Shown: positions 38,263 through 51,496 of the stretch, in pieces | Layout: each line of letters begins with the position of its first letter | Numbering within the stretch: the first letter of the stretch is position 1 | Assembly: GCF_001194135.2 (NCBI RefSeq) | Contig: NC_068981.1 | Coordinates: forward strand, 177,911,942 to 177,975,941 | Reading direction: 5' to 3' | DNA from: Octopus bimaculoides | Taxonomy: Eukaryota | DNA: 64,000 nucleotides | The notes under the pieces: generated by a model | Database searches by the model: none | Seen by the model: the letters and a program-made list of their open reading frames with translations, nothing else | What the model was told of the DNA's origin: nothing | Program-made: the position numbers and the translations under genes

Positions 38263-38666
38263 CTTGTGTATATTTTCAATGTAATGGTTTAATATTTAGC
38301 TTACAAGTAAAGATTCATTTAATGCAACTAAATAAATAGATAAGATCAGAGAATGAGGAGGGTATCAGGAGAGAAAGAGAGAGGGGGAGGAGAGAGAAAT
38401 GGAAAGAGAAGAGCGAAAGAGAGAGAAAGAAAGAGAGAAGAGAAGAAAGAGAAAAATAAATTCCGTAAATATATTGACTAAATTATCTATTGTATCACCT
38501 TTTTCAAATATTGTTTTCTTCCTCAATGCTTTTAAAGAAATCTTACAATTTTCTTGATTTAGTTCTCAGACTAAATTTGAAAATAAAGAGAAGCCTTTAA
38601 TTTTGCATATATACATATATAAAATCATACATATATATATACGTGTGTGTGTGTGTGTGTGTATAA

Positions 38667-38705
<39 letters not shown>

Positions 38706-38940
38706 CCAGACTTTTAATATTTCAATTCTAAAAATATAAATGCAATACTGTTATAATGATTCCTTTCCAAGGTTCATTGTTGATATACATTATATACTGA
38801 AGTAGTCAATTTTGTATATTTAAATGCTCAGATTACAAAAAAAATTTAAGAAGATACACACACGTATATATAGATACATACATATATAGGTACATATATA
38901 TATATATGTACATATATATATGTGCATATATATATATATA

Positions 38941-38992
<52 letters not shown>

Positions 38993-39179
38993 TACATACA
39001 TACACACACACACTTATTGATAAATACAGAAAATAAGGATGACAAAAGAATAAATTTTATTTTTAAGTATTAATCAAGTAGAAATAAAGAGCGGACATAA
39101 TTTTTTTTATTTTCCAAGATAGATTTCAAAAATATATAATTTTGATTCATATTTGCATTTAAGTACTATATAAATACTA

Positions 39180-39370
<191 letters not shown>

Positions 39371-39423
39371 TACACTTGCATTAAGTATATATAAGGTGTC
39401 TTTGAATGAGCTTCAAATCTATC

Positions 39424-39468
39424 TAGAAGAAGAAGAAGAAGAAGAAGAAGAAGAAGAAGAAGAAGAGG
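39424..39468. repeat. (GAA)n microsatellite
   Basis: Seen directly. Confidence 0.95.
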
Positions 39469-39691
39469 AGGTTTTGAACCTCTTCACATAAAATTAGCCA
39501 TAGAAATTTATTAATACTTTAATTGTAGTAGACTGAAAATAATTTCTGGAGAATATACCAAAGCATAGAAAAAATTCAGTTCAAAATTTTTATAAAAGCA
39601 AGTAAAAGGGTACCCTATTTTAAAAATAAGTACCAGTCAATTCCTTATAATTACAGGTCTTGTATCAAAATGAGACGAAAAAAAAAATCTT

Positions 39692-40385
39692 TCAAGGTGG
39701 CAAAGTGGCAGAATTGTTAAAATGCTGGACAAAATACGTAGCAGCATTTCTTCTGAGTTCAAATCCTGCTGGGGTCAAATCTGCCTTTCGTCTATAAAAT
39801 AATGTACCAATCGAATACTGGGGTCAATGTAATTAATTGACTAACATCTACCCCTAAAATTACTGGCCTTGTACTAAATTTTGAAACAATTATTATTATA
39901 ATTATTATTATCATAATTATTATTACAAGAGGGGATGGGCTGGCAGAATCATTGGTGTCTTGTGATTATTTTTTTTGACACTTTGCATTCCAGGTTAAAA
40001 AGCTACTGAGATCAACTTTGACTTTCATTTCTAGAGACGTGGTGGTGGTGGGGGGGATAAGGTACCAGTTAAGTATTGAGGTTGATTCAATCAACTACCC
40101 CTCCTCCACGGAAGTTACAGGCCTTGTGCCCAAATGAAAAATACTATTTATTATTAGGTAGACGTACAAATAAGATTGTAGTACACTGGACAAAAAAACT
40201 AGCAGTAGTTATGTTATATAGTTATGTCCCTTTATGTTCTGTGTTCAAGTCTCACTTGAGTGAACTTTACCCTTCATTCTTCTAGGGTCCATAAAATAAG
40301 TACCGTTCAAGTACTAGGGTCAATATAATTTACTATACTTGCCTGTAAAAAAAAAAAAAAAAAAAAAAAAAATGGCTTTGTGCAC
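39692..40385 (+). mobile_element. three tandem decayed family-B SINEs
   Basis: Three recurrences of the head/GTTCAA...ATAAGTACC...CCTTGTG module separated by (ATT)n. Confidence 0.65.
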
Positions 40386-40962
40386 ATGTACACAAGGCTT
40401 ACGTGTGTGCGCGAGCGAAGCCATCCCCACCCACCCCGTTTATATATAAATATATTGCAAACCTATATGTACGCTTAGTGCTTCTGTGCATATCTATACT
40501 CACATGTATAAACACACACACACAGGCGCAGAGATAATAGCATACATTTTCGCATATGTTTATTTGATTAAGTGTTTGTGTGTCCACGTGTAAGTTTGCG
40601 TGTGTTAGAGAGAACACGCATACACACACACAGAGTGTGTTTGATCTTATCTGGCTGTGTGTATGTATTACATACACAAGATGTGTTTGATCTTCTCTCA
40701 TTTTCTCTCTCTCTCTCGCTCTGTGTGAATGTATGTTCTCGCTCTCTTTCTCCCTCACTCAAACACATAAATACAGGAACACATATTAAATGTATAGAGA
40801 GGTTGATGAAGAAAGAGAAGCCAAAAAGGCAAGGCACAGAAGAAAATGAGTGAGAGAGGGAGAGAGAGAGCGAGCGAGAGGTGTTTATCATTTCATGTGT
40901 AGTTGGGTTCATCTGAAATGTTTGTGTAATTGCCTTTACAAATAGCTTCCCTTCTCTTTCAG

Positions 40963-41050
40963 ATTGCTACAGTGACTCACTAGACAAGAGGGAAGAGAGA
41001 ACTACAGTCTGTTTAGAAAAAGAGAAAGAACAACAGAGAGAAAGAAGTGC
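40963..41050 (+). other. strong 3' splice site and start of a candidate UTR exon (3' end unknown)
   Basis: GCTTCCCTTCTCTTTCAG|ATTGC, downstream of CpG- and GA-rich sequence at 40400-40880. Confidence 0.3.
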
Positions 41051-43615
41051 TGATGATGGTGGAGATTTTTTTTTATTTATTTATTTATTTATTCTTTTCT
41101 TTCTTTTTTTTTTATTACATTTTTATTATTCTTGTTGATTTGTTTGTTACTTTCTTTTTCATTTATTCTTCCTTTTCTATAGTAATCAGTATGATAGCTG
41201 ACAGCTACTAGCCAATGGGTTGACATCAGAATGGTGAACAAAGCTATTTAGAGAATCACTGAGTGAATGTCAAAACATTCTTGATAATGGTTAAATGTTT
41301 AGTGAATCTTTCTCTTGTCTGCAGCTAGCAATTCTTCATTCAGATTCCAGTTTTGTTCTCTCTTCCTCTTCTCTCAGTCAGGGAAAAGCAACCAGGCTTG
41401 AGCTGTTACTACTTGCAATTCATGATTTATGAGAAATTCTCTCCTTTTGATTATTTAAGTTATTTTTCTCCTTTTCTTTAAATATCAAGAAGTCAACATT
41501 TCACATTGAATTTTAATTCATCTGATTTGTTTTTAAAGCAGGTATACTGCTAGAGCATTGTTTTCCTATCAAGTGTTGGTGTCTTCTATTTAGTAATAAT
41601 AAATTATTTCATTAAACAATGTAAATATTTCTTTGTCATACAAAACAGTATCATTCCTTTCTTCTGCTTTGGACAATTTTGATTTTATCATAGGATAACA
41701 TTTTGTTTAGGAAATGAGGCATTACATATTTATAGATGCTTTCTCCCAAATTTAAAATTTAATAGATTTTGAAAAATTATAAATCAGATGAATTTAAAAT
41801 TCAAAAGTTCATAGTGATCAAACATAATTGAACATGAATTCTGAAGGAATTTTTAATGTAAAGAGAATCAAGAAATTTAAACTGCAATACAAATATGTAT
41901 TTAAAATATTTGAGTTTGAAATCAGAATCTTCCAAGAGCATTAATAATATGTAAAGTGCTTTGATAGAAATAATTTTAAAGCAAAGCTAATTACATCCTC
42001 TTTTCATAAAGAATAGTGATACATGTGAGATGCCAAAATATGACAGTTTACATGGCTTTAGATATTGGGTGTTAGGAATCAGAAAGTAATCTAAGGTTTG
42101 ATTTTTGTCAAAGCAGAGCCTCTACACCTCTAACATATTGAATTCTGACAACCGTCTGCTTTATCCTAATTATGATTTTAAACATCATTGTCATTAGTTT
42201 TTAAGTTCACTTCTCCGTGAACTATACAACCCTGTAGTTTATCGTTTCTTCTTTGGTCATAGTATTGTCCAACTAATCCATGCTCATCTTGGACACTTCT
42301 GTTTTGCCTACCATGAATTATCCAATTGCATATCTTCAGGCCACATCAAACTATCCAAATCAGTTCTTTTTTCTTTTTTAAATGTCTACTATCCAGTTCA
42401 CCTCTGACTTTGGTTTATGTCAATCCAGTTCAACCTACGCTTCTGACCCACTTTTCACATCAGTTTATGGCAGTGCCCCCCCCCCACCACCACCACATAT
42501 ACGAACACACTTTTTAACAGTATATGCCGCCCATTTTTAATACATACATCTAATAAGCAATGTGTGCGTGCGTGTGTGTGTTTGCTTGTTTATTTATTTA
42601 TTTATTCATCTATTTATTTAGTGGATCCTTCTTTATCTCATGCCAAAAAAATATTTTAAACTTTATTGCCCAAGCAACTAACTCCTGAATAACATCAAAC
42701 CTCCAACACGAGCAACACATAACTTGCTTTTCGTGTTAAGGGTTCCTGAACTATTTCCAACCTCTTCACAGTTACCAGTTATTCTCCAGAAATCTTATCT
42801 ATCATCTCCAGTTAACAATCATTACAATCCAAGGTCTAATATACTATGTTGTGAAGTCAACCAAGTTATTCTAGTGTCTTTAGTACATTTAAAATAAATG
42901 TTGATTCATATCTGATTAATGTGTGTGCTGCCATTAGCTCTAAAGCCTATAGCATTACACTGATCATCAAAGACCTTCCTTATTCTAAAAATATATAAAA
43001 ATTATTCAATATGATTATTTCCAATATGATAAGACATAGTCTATAGATGATAACTATTAGCTCAGATGAATTTCATGTCCCTATCTGAGGATATTGCTAA
43101 AACTTACAGCAATCTCACAAAGACAATAATAGAAAAACAAAACAAAAATACTTATTCTAAAAAAAAAAAAAATGTCAGTGTGCCAAGTGTATTGAAGCAT
43201 GAGGGATAAAAATGTTAAATATTTTCTCAATTTAACTTCATTTCTTTCTTACTGATAATATACATTCTACCTTTTTGCACATAAATATACTTCAGATGTC
43301 AGAAGGAACAAAAGTTCTGTCTTTTAAAAGCCAATTTTCTCTAGTTTCAATCTCCACATTGTGATCTTGACAAATGAAAATTTTCCTTTTTCTTTTTTCG
43401 CCATTTCCATCATAGATAGATAAATCACTATTTTTCAGAAGAGCATCGGTTGTACTACTAGCTTAAACTATCAGATCTTTTGTACTGTGGATGAAAGCTA
43501 TTTTAAGGCAGCTAACTAGATATATAGCTTCCCTTCATGTGCATATATTGATTGCACAGTACAGAAGTTTTATGCATTTCCCTTTTTTCTTTTTCTTTCT
43601 TTTTCTTTTTTCCAG

Positions 43616-43618
43616 AGA
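43616..43618 (+). other. candidate 3-nt microexon (AGA)
   Basis: About 38-nt pure pyrimidine tract, CAG|AGA|GTGAGT. Confidence 0.3.
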
Positions 43619-44680
43619 GTGAGTCAAAGCAATCTTCACTTTGTATAGCTTAGCAAAGATTATAACAGCTAATATGTTTGTTGTTTTCATATTTCCCAGT
43701 AGGTTTGCTTAGGTTCAGGCTTTACTTTTATACATCTTGACCTATTTGAAGACAAGATTACCTGCATGCAACAAAGAAGAAACATTCAAGGATGTTCATA
43801 TAACCTTGAATTGAATCTATTTATGTTGTATTATCATTATGATTAGTGGATAATAGCACCAAGTTAAATGCCTTACAGTATTTAGTTTTGTTTCTCTACA
43901 TGCCTTCAGCATTCACTTTCATCTTTTTTAGATATTAGAAGTACTGGGTCAAGTCAATGAAATATATCCCTTTCCCTTCAAATTTGTGGCCTTAATAAAG
44001 TGAGAAATTACTGTAACGATGCTCCTTCCACTGCTGCCACTGTCACTGCCATCACCTCCATCACCCACAGTATCATCAATATCTTCTTCAACATCATTAT
44101 TATCATTATTGTATCAGCTGCACGTCTTATATAACAAAACAATGAAGCTCTCTCTCTCTCTCTCTCTCTCAAATTTTAAAGGACTGTTTACAATGTTGTC
44201 AAAAGTTTCAAAACAAGAGAAAAAATATCAAGTTAAACAGAGTCAGAGGGGATTTTGACTTTAAAACTTTCAGGATAAAATAAAGAGGGTTAGAAAAGCA
44301 TAGTGAGATCAGGGTCGAATTTCCAAGGTACAACATTTGATGATAAAAAGCCATAATGTTATCAGGCCTTGTGGTACTGTGGAAGAGAGCATTTGAGAAA
44401 TAAGGCAGCTGAGGAAATTGAGCAAATATATTATCAAAGACGTTCCAACCATAACAATTTCATCTTTTTAGACTGAACTGCAACAGGTTGATAGAGAGAA
44501 GAGACACTTGAGCAAAGAAGTTCCAAAAAAGCTTCAAATAGTTTTGGTGAGGAATTTAGAGTAGAACCAGTGAAAATATCAAGCAGATCAGATACGTCTA
44601 AATGGTAACATCATAAATATGGAAATATTAAGAGGAGTAGAGGACACTGTAGTAGTGGTAATGATACAGTGTTCCCATAT

Positions 44681-44891
44681 TTAACCCTTTGCCAATTAAA
44701 CCAGCCATGTCCAGTTCAAATATTCTACGTTTTATGTTCAAACCAGCCAGGTCTAGCTTCTCACATTTACCCTACAATGTCATTCTATAAATGATCACAT
44801 CATTGAAATCTTGAAATTACAAGATAATGGATTCAAAACAACGTGAATAAATATTACATTTGACAAAGTAATCTGAATGCTAAACGGTTAA
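44681..44891. mobile_element. piggyBac-like MITE family E
   Basis: TTAA-CCCTTTGC...GAATGCTAAACGG-TTAA. Confidence 0.7.
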
Positions 44892-45429
44892 GATATTGGT
44901 GGGGGAAGAACTTCTCTAAATGAACGGTATTTTTCCTGAATGCTGTCTAAAGTATGTGTATTATTTACATATTTTCTGAGAGTTAAAGCTCACACTTCAA
45001 ATTTTTCATTTGAAATTAATAAAAACTTTTTAGATTGGCACAAGATCACAAATTCGTAGAAGTGAATAGTCAGTTGAACCTGAGTACATGACTGGCACTT
45101 ATTTTATAGACTCAAGAGAGGTGAGAGGCAGAGTTGATCTCAAAAGGATTTGAACATAGAGATGGATCCAAACACTCTAACGTACTTGGTCAGATAGTCT
45201 GCCATTTCTCCAAATATAATGGTTTAATTTAAGATTAATAATAATGCTGATATTTCTAATATTCTTTCTAATGCTGATTGGTTAAGTCAACAAGCACTGG
45301 GTCCATAAGTTCAGTTTCAAACCTTCATATAAATAAATGCTATTTGTATTTTCAAAGAGGAACAATTATTATAAAATTTGCTTCAGTTAATGATGTCCAA
45401 AAACTGGGTGCTAGTTCAACTTCATTATA

Positions 45430-45524
45430 CAGGGTGTCCACAAAGTCTGGGTACATGGGGATTATTTAATTGTTTATGTTATTATTTTATTTACTCCATG
45501 TACCCAGACTTTGTGGACACCCTG
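45430..45524. mobile_element. Tc1/mariner-type MITE, 95 bp, 29-bp perfect TIRs, TA target duplication
   Basis: TA|CAGGGTGTCCACAAAGTCTGGGTACATGG...CCATGTACCCAGACTTTGTGGACACCCTG|TA. Confidence 0.9.
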
Positions 45525-45791
45525 TAGAATGGCTTGAACATATAAGACACCTTTTTTTTCCATATAAACATTTATTAATAACTAGCAGAAATACCCGGCG
45601 TTGCCCGGGTTAAAGAGAATAATGAAATCTAAAAACGCCGTCTAGACTACGCATCATCTTTATATATAGAGATGTATATACACACACGCACCCAAACACA
45701 CGTATATATATGTATATCAATATAAATATATGAAAGTCAATGAAGTTTCGTAAAAGAAGGTGATCATGTACATACTTTCTTGCTGTTGTGA

Positions 45792-45933
45792 TTATAACAC
45801 CTCATTGTAAACTATGTTCCTTGTTTTCCCTTGTGGAGCATATACAAATAGGTTTTTTGTTGCTGCCCACTCTTGAGCAGCCAACATACAGTTGTCCATG
45901 TGAGAAGCAGGGCTCTTCCAAGAGAAGACCAGC
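45792..45933 (-). pseudogene. Helitron RepHel (PIF1-like helicase) C-terminal remnant, frameshifted
   Basis: AGLLLEEPCFSHGQLYVGCSRVGS, then after a 1-nt shift in an A run KNLFVYAPQGKTRNIVYNEVL*. This matches the canonical FSHGQLYVA.SRV...T.NIVY.EVL end. Confidence 0.85.
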
Positions 45934-46669
45934 NNNNNNNNNNNNNNNNNNNNNNNNNNNNNNNNNNNNNNNNNNNNNNNNNNNNNNNNNNNNNNNNNNN
46001 NNNNNNNNNNNNNNNNNNNNNNNNNNNNNNNNNNNNNNNNNNNNNNNNNNNNNNNNNNNNNNNNNNNNNNNNNNNNNNNNNNNNNNNNNNNNNNNNNNNN
46101 NNNNNNNNNNNNNNNNNNNNNNNNNNNNNNNNNNNNNNNNNNNNNNNNNNNNNNNNNNNNNNNNNNNNNNNNNNNNNNNNNNNNNNNNNNNNNNNNNNNN
46201 NNNNNNNNNNNNNNNNNNNNNNNNNNNNNNNNNNNNNNNNNNNNNNNNNNNNNNNNNNNNNNNNNNNNNNNNNNNNNNNNNNNNNNNNNNNNNNNNNNNN
46301 NNNNNNNNNNNNNNNNNNNNNNNNNNNNNNNNNNNNNNNNNNNNNNNNNNNNNNNNNNNNNNNNNNNNNNNNNNNNNNNNNNNNNNNNNNNNNNNNNNNN
46401 NNNNNNNNNNNNNNNNNNNNNNNNNNNNNNNNNNNNNNNNNNNNNNNNNNNNNNNNNNNNNNNNNNNNNNNNNNNNNNNNNNNNNNNNNNNNNNNNNNNN
46501 NNNNNNNNNNNNNNNNNNNNNNNNNNNNNNNNNNNNNNNNNNNNNNNNNNNNNNNNNNNNNNNNNNNNNNNNNNNNNNNNNNNNNNNNNNNNNNNNNNNN
46601 NNNNNNNNNNNNNNNNNNNNNNNNNNNNNNNNNNNNNNNNNNNNNNNNNNNNNNNNNNNNNNNNNNNNN
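45934..46669. other. assembly gap (736 N) inside the Helitron
   Basis: N run. Confidence 0.99.
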
Positions 46670-48159
46670 CTTTCTCTCTCTGTGAAAGTATCTGTCACTA
46701 CAGTATCGAAATGTGATTGTTTCAGTTAGTGGAATAGTTTCATTTTTAAAATGAAAGTATTTGACATGAGTGTTTTTGTTTCACTTTTGACACGTAATAC
46801 TTAAATAGTGGAGGAGATATTATGTTGCCGTGTGCTCGAACTCTGCAAGAAGTTAATAATATTTTTTTTTACTAAAACACAACTGGAACCCTAAGTAAGG
46901 CATGTGTAAAATTTGAATGAAATTGGTTGCGTAGTTCTCGAGTTTTAGGGATTCACACAGACAGACAGACAGACAGACCGACCGACCGACAGACAGACAG
47001 ACAGACAGGCAGACAGACACACATTCTCATTTTTATATATATAGATAATACAACAGAGTAGTTAAATGGGTTAATCAACAATTCATTTGAAACACATGCT
47101 ACAAAAATATTGCCTGATTAAATATGTAGACATAAAATTTGAGAAGAAAAAAATATCAGCTGACATTACTGTAGAATTATGTCAAATGTTTGCATAAACT
47201 ATTATGGAATGCTTTTCAGAAGTTTGAAAGATTGAAAAATATAGCTGAATATACTAAGATTATGACAGTTATATTTCGATTTATATCATAGTCAGACATG
47301 AACAATGTTTGTTACCTAGAGTAATCCATATATAATTGGTAATTGTTCTGCCAATTGACAGATTTCAATTACTAAATGTGCTCCAAGTGGTAGTAATGAT
47401 TAAGGGTAACAAGATCAAACAGGTGTAGAAGAAGTAGGATCTGAGTTGGAGGGGTAAAAAATAAGAAATCAGGGGTACTAGGAATATTAAGGGATGCATT
47501 GGGATGAAGAAAGAAAGAAAGAATACATTGAATATCATTAAGGAAGATGAATATTTTCTATTCTGGGACTCGTCTTAGGAGACATGAACATGGAAGCACA
47601 ATTACCTAGAGTGTGAAAAGTCTTGATATGTTGTTAATGTTATATAAGAACTGAAGTAATGAAAGAGTTGATGTTGCGTAAATGTTATTCTATTTTATCA
47701 TTCTGAAAATAGATTGAAGTTGAAGTATTTGACTGTTCAATGCCCCCTGACAGACAAGTCTGTGAGCTAGTTATGGTTGAACTAGGAAGTGGCCTATGTT
47801 CTCGAGAATGGTTTGAGTGTCATATATTCTCCTTCCCTTTTGTAATAAATTTGTGGCTCTGTGACTCAATAAGAAATCATTATGATTAATATAGAAGAAT
47901 TATAAAGAAATATTAAGTTTCTCTAAGTATTCTAAACAAAATTTCTGGCCAAATAAACAGGATTTTTACAGAATGTAGCAGATGTAAAAATAATGAATTC
48001 TCATTTTTATATACTGGCACAAGGACACATATTTTAGGTTAGGGCAGTCATGTAAATGAATTCCAGAACTTGATTAGTACTTATGCCATCAAATTTGAGA
48101 ATTTGCAGCAGAATTTCAATTCCCATTATAAAGTTATTTAAATAAATATTGGTTTCAAA

Positions 48160-48590
48160 TTTTAGCACAAAATGGTAGTTTTGAGGGAGGAGCTAAGTCG
48201 ATTACATCAACCCCAGTGCTTAAATGGTACTTATTTTTATCAACCCTGATATAATAAAGGGCAAAGTCAATCTTGGCGGCATTTGAACTCAGAATGTAAA
48301 GTCAGAAGAAATGCTGCTAAGAATTTTACCTATTTTGTGAGCTCACTGCCTGATACAAATATATATTGGTTTCAAATATTGGCACAAGGCCAGCAACTTC
48401 AGGGGCAAGCATAAGTCAATTACAGCAGTCCCGGTGCTAAATGGTACTTATTTTAATGACTCCAAAAGGATGAAAGGCAAAGTCAACCTTGACGGAATTT
48501 GAACTCTGAATGTAAAAGACCGAATAAACATAAACAACTGCTAAGCATTTTGCCCAGCATGGTAATGATTCTGCTAGCTCAGTGCCTTAT
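48160..48590 (-). mobile_element. two tandem family-B SINEs
   Basis: Two GGTTTCAAAT...GGTACTTATTTT...TTTGAACTC units, each preceded by AAATATATTGG-like sequence. Confidence 0.75.
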
Positions 48591-48873
48591 GCAAGTAAAT
48601 ATTACAAAGCATAATGTTTAGCATTCTAATGACTGCCAGTCTACTCGCCCTTAGATATAATGAATTTTAACCTTTTTCTATTGCTACACACTGCTTGATT
48701 TAATCTGCCCAAATCAAATAATGCCTTTCAATAAAACAGTATTTATTATAGTTATATGAGTGAATTTTGATCTTCGTAAATACAACTGCAGCAATTACCA
48801 TTGTTCAACCGATGTCAGCAGTGCAATCCATGTCAGTAGTCCAACTCATGCCAACATGGAAAACAGACGTTAA

Positions 48874-48920
<47 letters not shown>

Positions 48921-49568
48921 AATGATGATTATAATTACCAAATATGTTACGATAGATAGTAAAAAAAACCCCAGTTATTTTTATTAATATCAACATCTTT
49001 GTCATCTCAATTATAATGATTTTAGTCAGGCTTTATTATGTGGGAGGTATTTACAGTCATATGGATATATATATATATATATCTTTTAATAGTTAGTTAC
49101 TCATTTCAAACAGCACCTTATTACATATCACTTGCTTTTACTGGTAAATAATGATTGTCTTTCACTAATGGCAAACAATTTGGAAGAAACTTTTCATAAA
49201 TATACAAAAACTATATATCTATGTATGTCACAATATCTGAGCAACAATTTGTGGTTACACTGATTTACTTCAACAGAGAGAGAGGATAGAGAGAGAGAGA
49301 GAGCTTGTCTAGAACATAACATTGTTTTGACCTGTTTTTGGTCTACTTTTTATACAACACTCTTTGCTTCAATATGGAAGCCTTTTTCTGAAGTAATTAA
49401 TATCAACAGACTGTAAACATATTTAAAGACAGCTTGAAATAGTGGGAATAAATCTTCAGCCAATTAATATTTAGCATCTAACAATGCTATATTCATTATA
49501 TATTCATTACGTAAATGATTACTGACTAAACAACTTGTGCACATCAGTATGAATGTGTTTACAAACAT

Positions 49569-49607
<39 letters not shown>

Positions 49608-50298
49608 AATGTACGCATACACCAAATGCATACTCAGACAGACACACACACACATATACACACACACTTAACATTCATACACATGTGCAATTCTTTTTGA
49701 ATGAAATAAGAGAGAGCTAATAGTGGTGGTGGTGGTGGGAAATAAATGGAAGGGAACATACATATTTTCACTTAGGAGGGAAGATGCAGCACTTGACCTA
49801 ATGGATTGATACAATATAGGTCAGCTAAGTATAACTCAGACTAAGTTCACTACAGAATCAGATTAGTTTCTCTTGCTAAAGATTAACACTATATTAATTT
49901 CTGAACTATGGATTAACATACATAAGAGAATTATACATTGTTACATCCTGAGAAGTTTTTTCCTTTGTTTTTGTTTTTGTTTTTTCAATAGTAAACAAAA
50001 TAGGAAAAGAATTATGGATATGAAAGTTTGTTGGATTTTCTTTTTTTCTACATTTACATTTTTTTTTATCATACTAGCATAGGTTAGATAGTTCAACAAA
50101 TTTCAAGATTTGCTTGAATTATTAGAATAAGTTCATCTAACATTATATATCTGTACATTTGACATAATTAATTAATCACTAGCATAGCATAAATTAACTG
50201 GATTATTAACTTCTTTCATATAGTTCACATAAACACTACATTTTAATTGGCATACACAATTGTTCTCAGACCTCACATTTACATCACACACACACACA

Positions 50299-50330
<32 letters not shown>

Positions 50331-50569
50331 TCCCCATGTTACAGTCACCTCAGGTTACATGATTTAGTGCTTATGGGAGTTGTAAAGTATGACCCACTTA
50401 TTTTGGGGATACAGTGTGTAATTTCATTCTTATGGAAATAAGGATAAATTTTGAGAATTTAAAAACTACATGTTCATCTTGGCATTTTGACTAAGACCAA
50501 AGTGGTTAACAATTTCAAAAGCTAGGACCATGATGCCTTCATAAACATACATACGCATAGACATATATC

Positions 50570-50727
50570 ATATAGGTGTAGTATGTGGTAAGAAGTTTTC
50601 TTCCCAACCACATGTTCAGGGTCCCACTGCATGGCACCTTGGGCAAGTGTCTTCTATAGCGTCAGGCCAACCAAAGCCTTGTGAGTGGATTTGCTTCACA
50701 GAAACTGAAAGAAGCCCATTGTGTGTA

Positions 50728-50760
<33 letters not shown>

Positions 50761-50935
50761 CCACCACTTGACAAGTGGTGCTGATGAGTTTATGCCCCCA
50801 TAACCTAGCAGTATGGCAAAACAGACCTATATAATAAGTATCAGGCTTTAAAATAATAAGTACTGGAGTCAATTCATATGACTAAAGTTCTTTTAGATGG
50901 TGCCCCAGTATGGCCACAATCTAATAACTGACCTC
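50570..50935 (+). mobile_element. SINE family A
   Basis: Head, (GA)n-converted microsatellite and tail. Confidence 0.7.
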
Positions 50936-51099
50936 AGTACTTGACTTGTACTTTATTTATCAGCTTTGAAAAGACGAAAGGTAAAGTTGACCCTAACAAG
51001 ATTTGAACTTGGGACATGAGATATTTATCCTAACACTCTTATTCTGCCAGCTTACCAACTATATATATGTGTGTAAAATCAAATCAAAATTGCTGACGT

Positions 51100-51461
51100 G
51101 GCCAACGATAGTACTGCCTAATTGGCACTCGTACCAGTGGAATGTTAAAAGCACATTCAAGCGTGGTCATTGCCGGTGCCGCTGGACTGGCTCCGATGCA
51201 GGTAGCACGTAAAAATCACCTTTTGAGTGTGGCTGTTGCCAGAACCATCTGACTGGCCCTTGTGCTGGTGGCACGTAAAAGCACCCACTACACTCTTGGA
51301 GTGGTTGACATTAGGAAGGACATCCAACTGTAGAAACTTTGCCAGATCAAATTGAGCCTGGTGCAGCCTTCTGGCTCACCAGTCCTCAGTCAAACCATCC
51401 AACCCATGCCAGCATGGAAAGCAGATGTTAAACGACAATGATGATAATGATGATGATGATG

Positions 51462-51495
<34 letters not shown>
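51100..51495 (+). mobile_element. RTE 3'-UTR-type repeat (family D) with (ATG)n(ATA)n tail
   Basis: Repeated GGCACGTAAAAGCACC-like modules; CCATGCCAGCATGGAAAGCAGATGTTAAACGAC before the tail. Confidence 0.75.

Positions 51496-51496
<1 letters not shown>

Larger units (their letters stand above)
45582..47045 (-). mobile_element. Helitron, internally deleted and composite
   Basis: Minus strand: A|TCTATATATATAAAAATGAG 5' end with (TCTG)n; 3' hairpin CCCGGGCAACGCCGGG followed by CTAG|T; insertion between A and T; helicase remnant inside. Confidence 0.9.
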
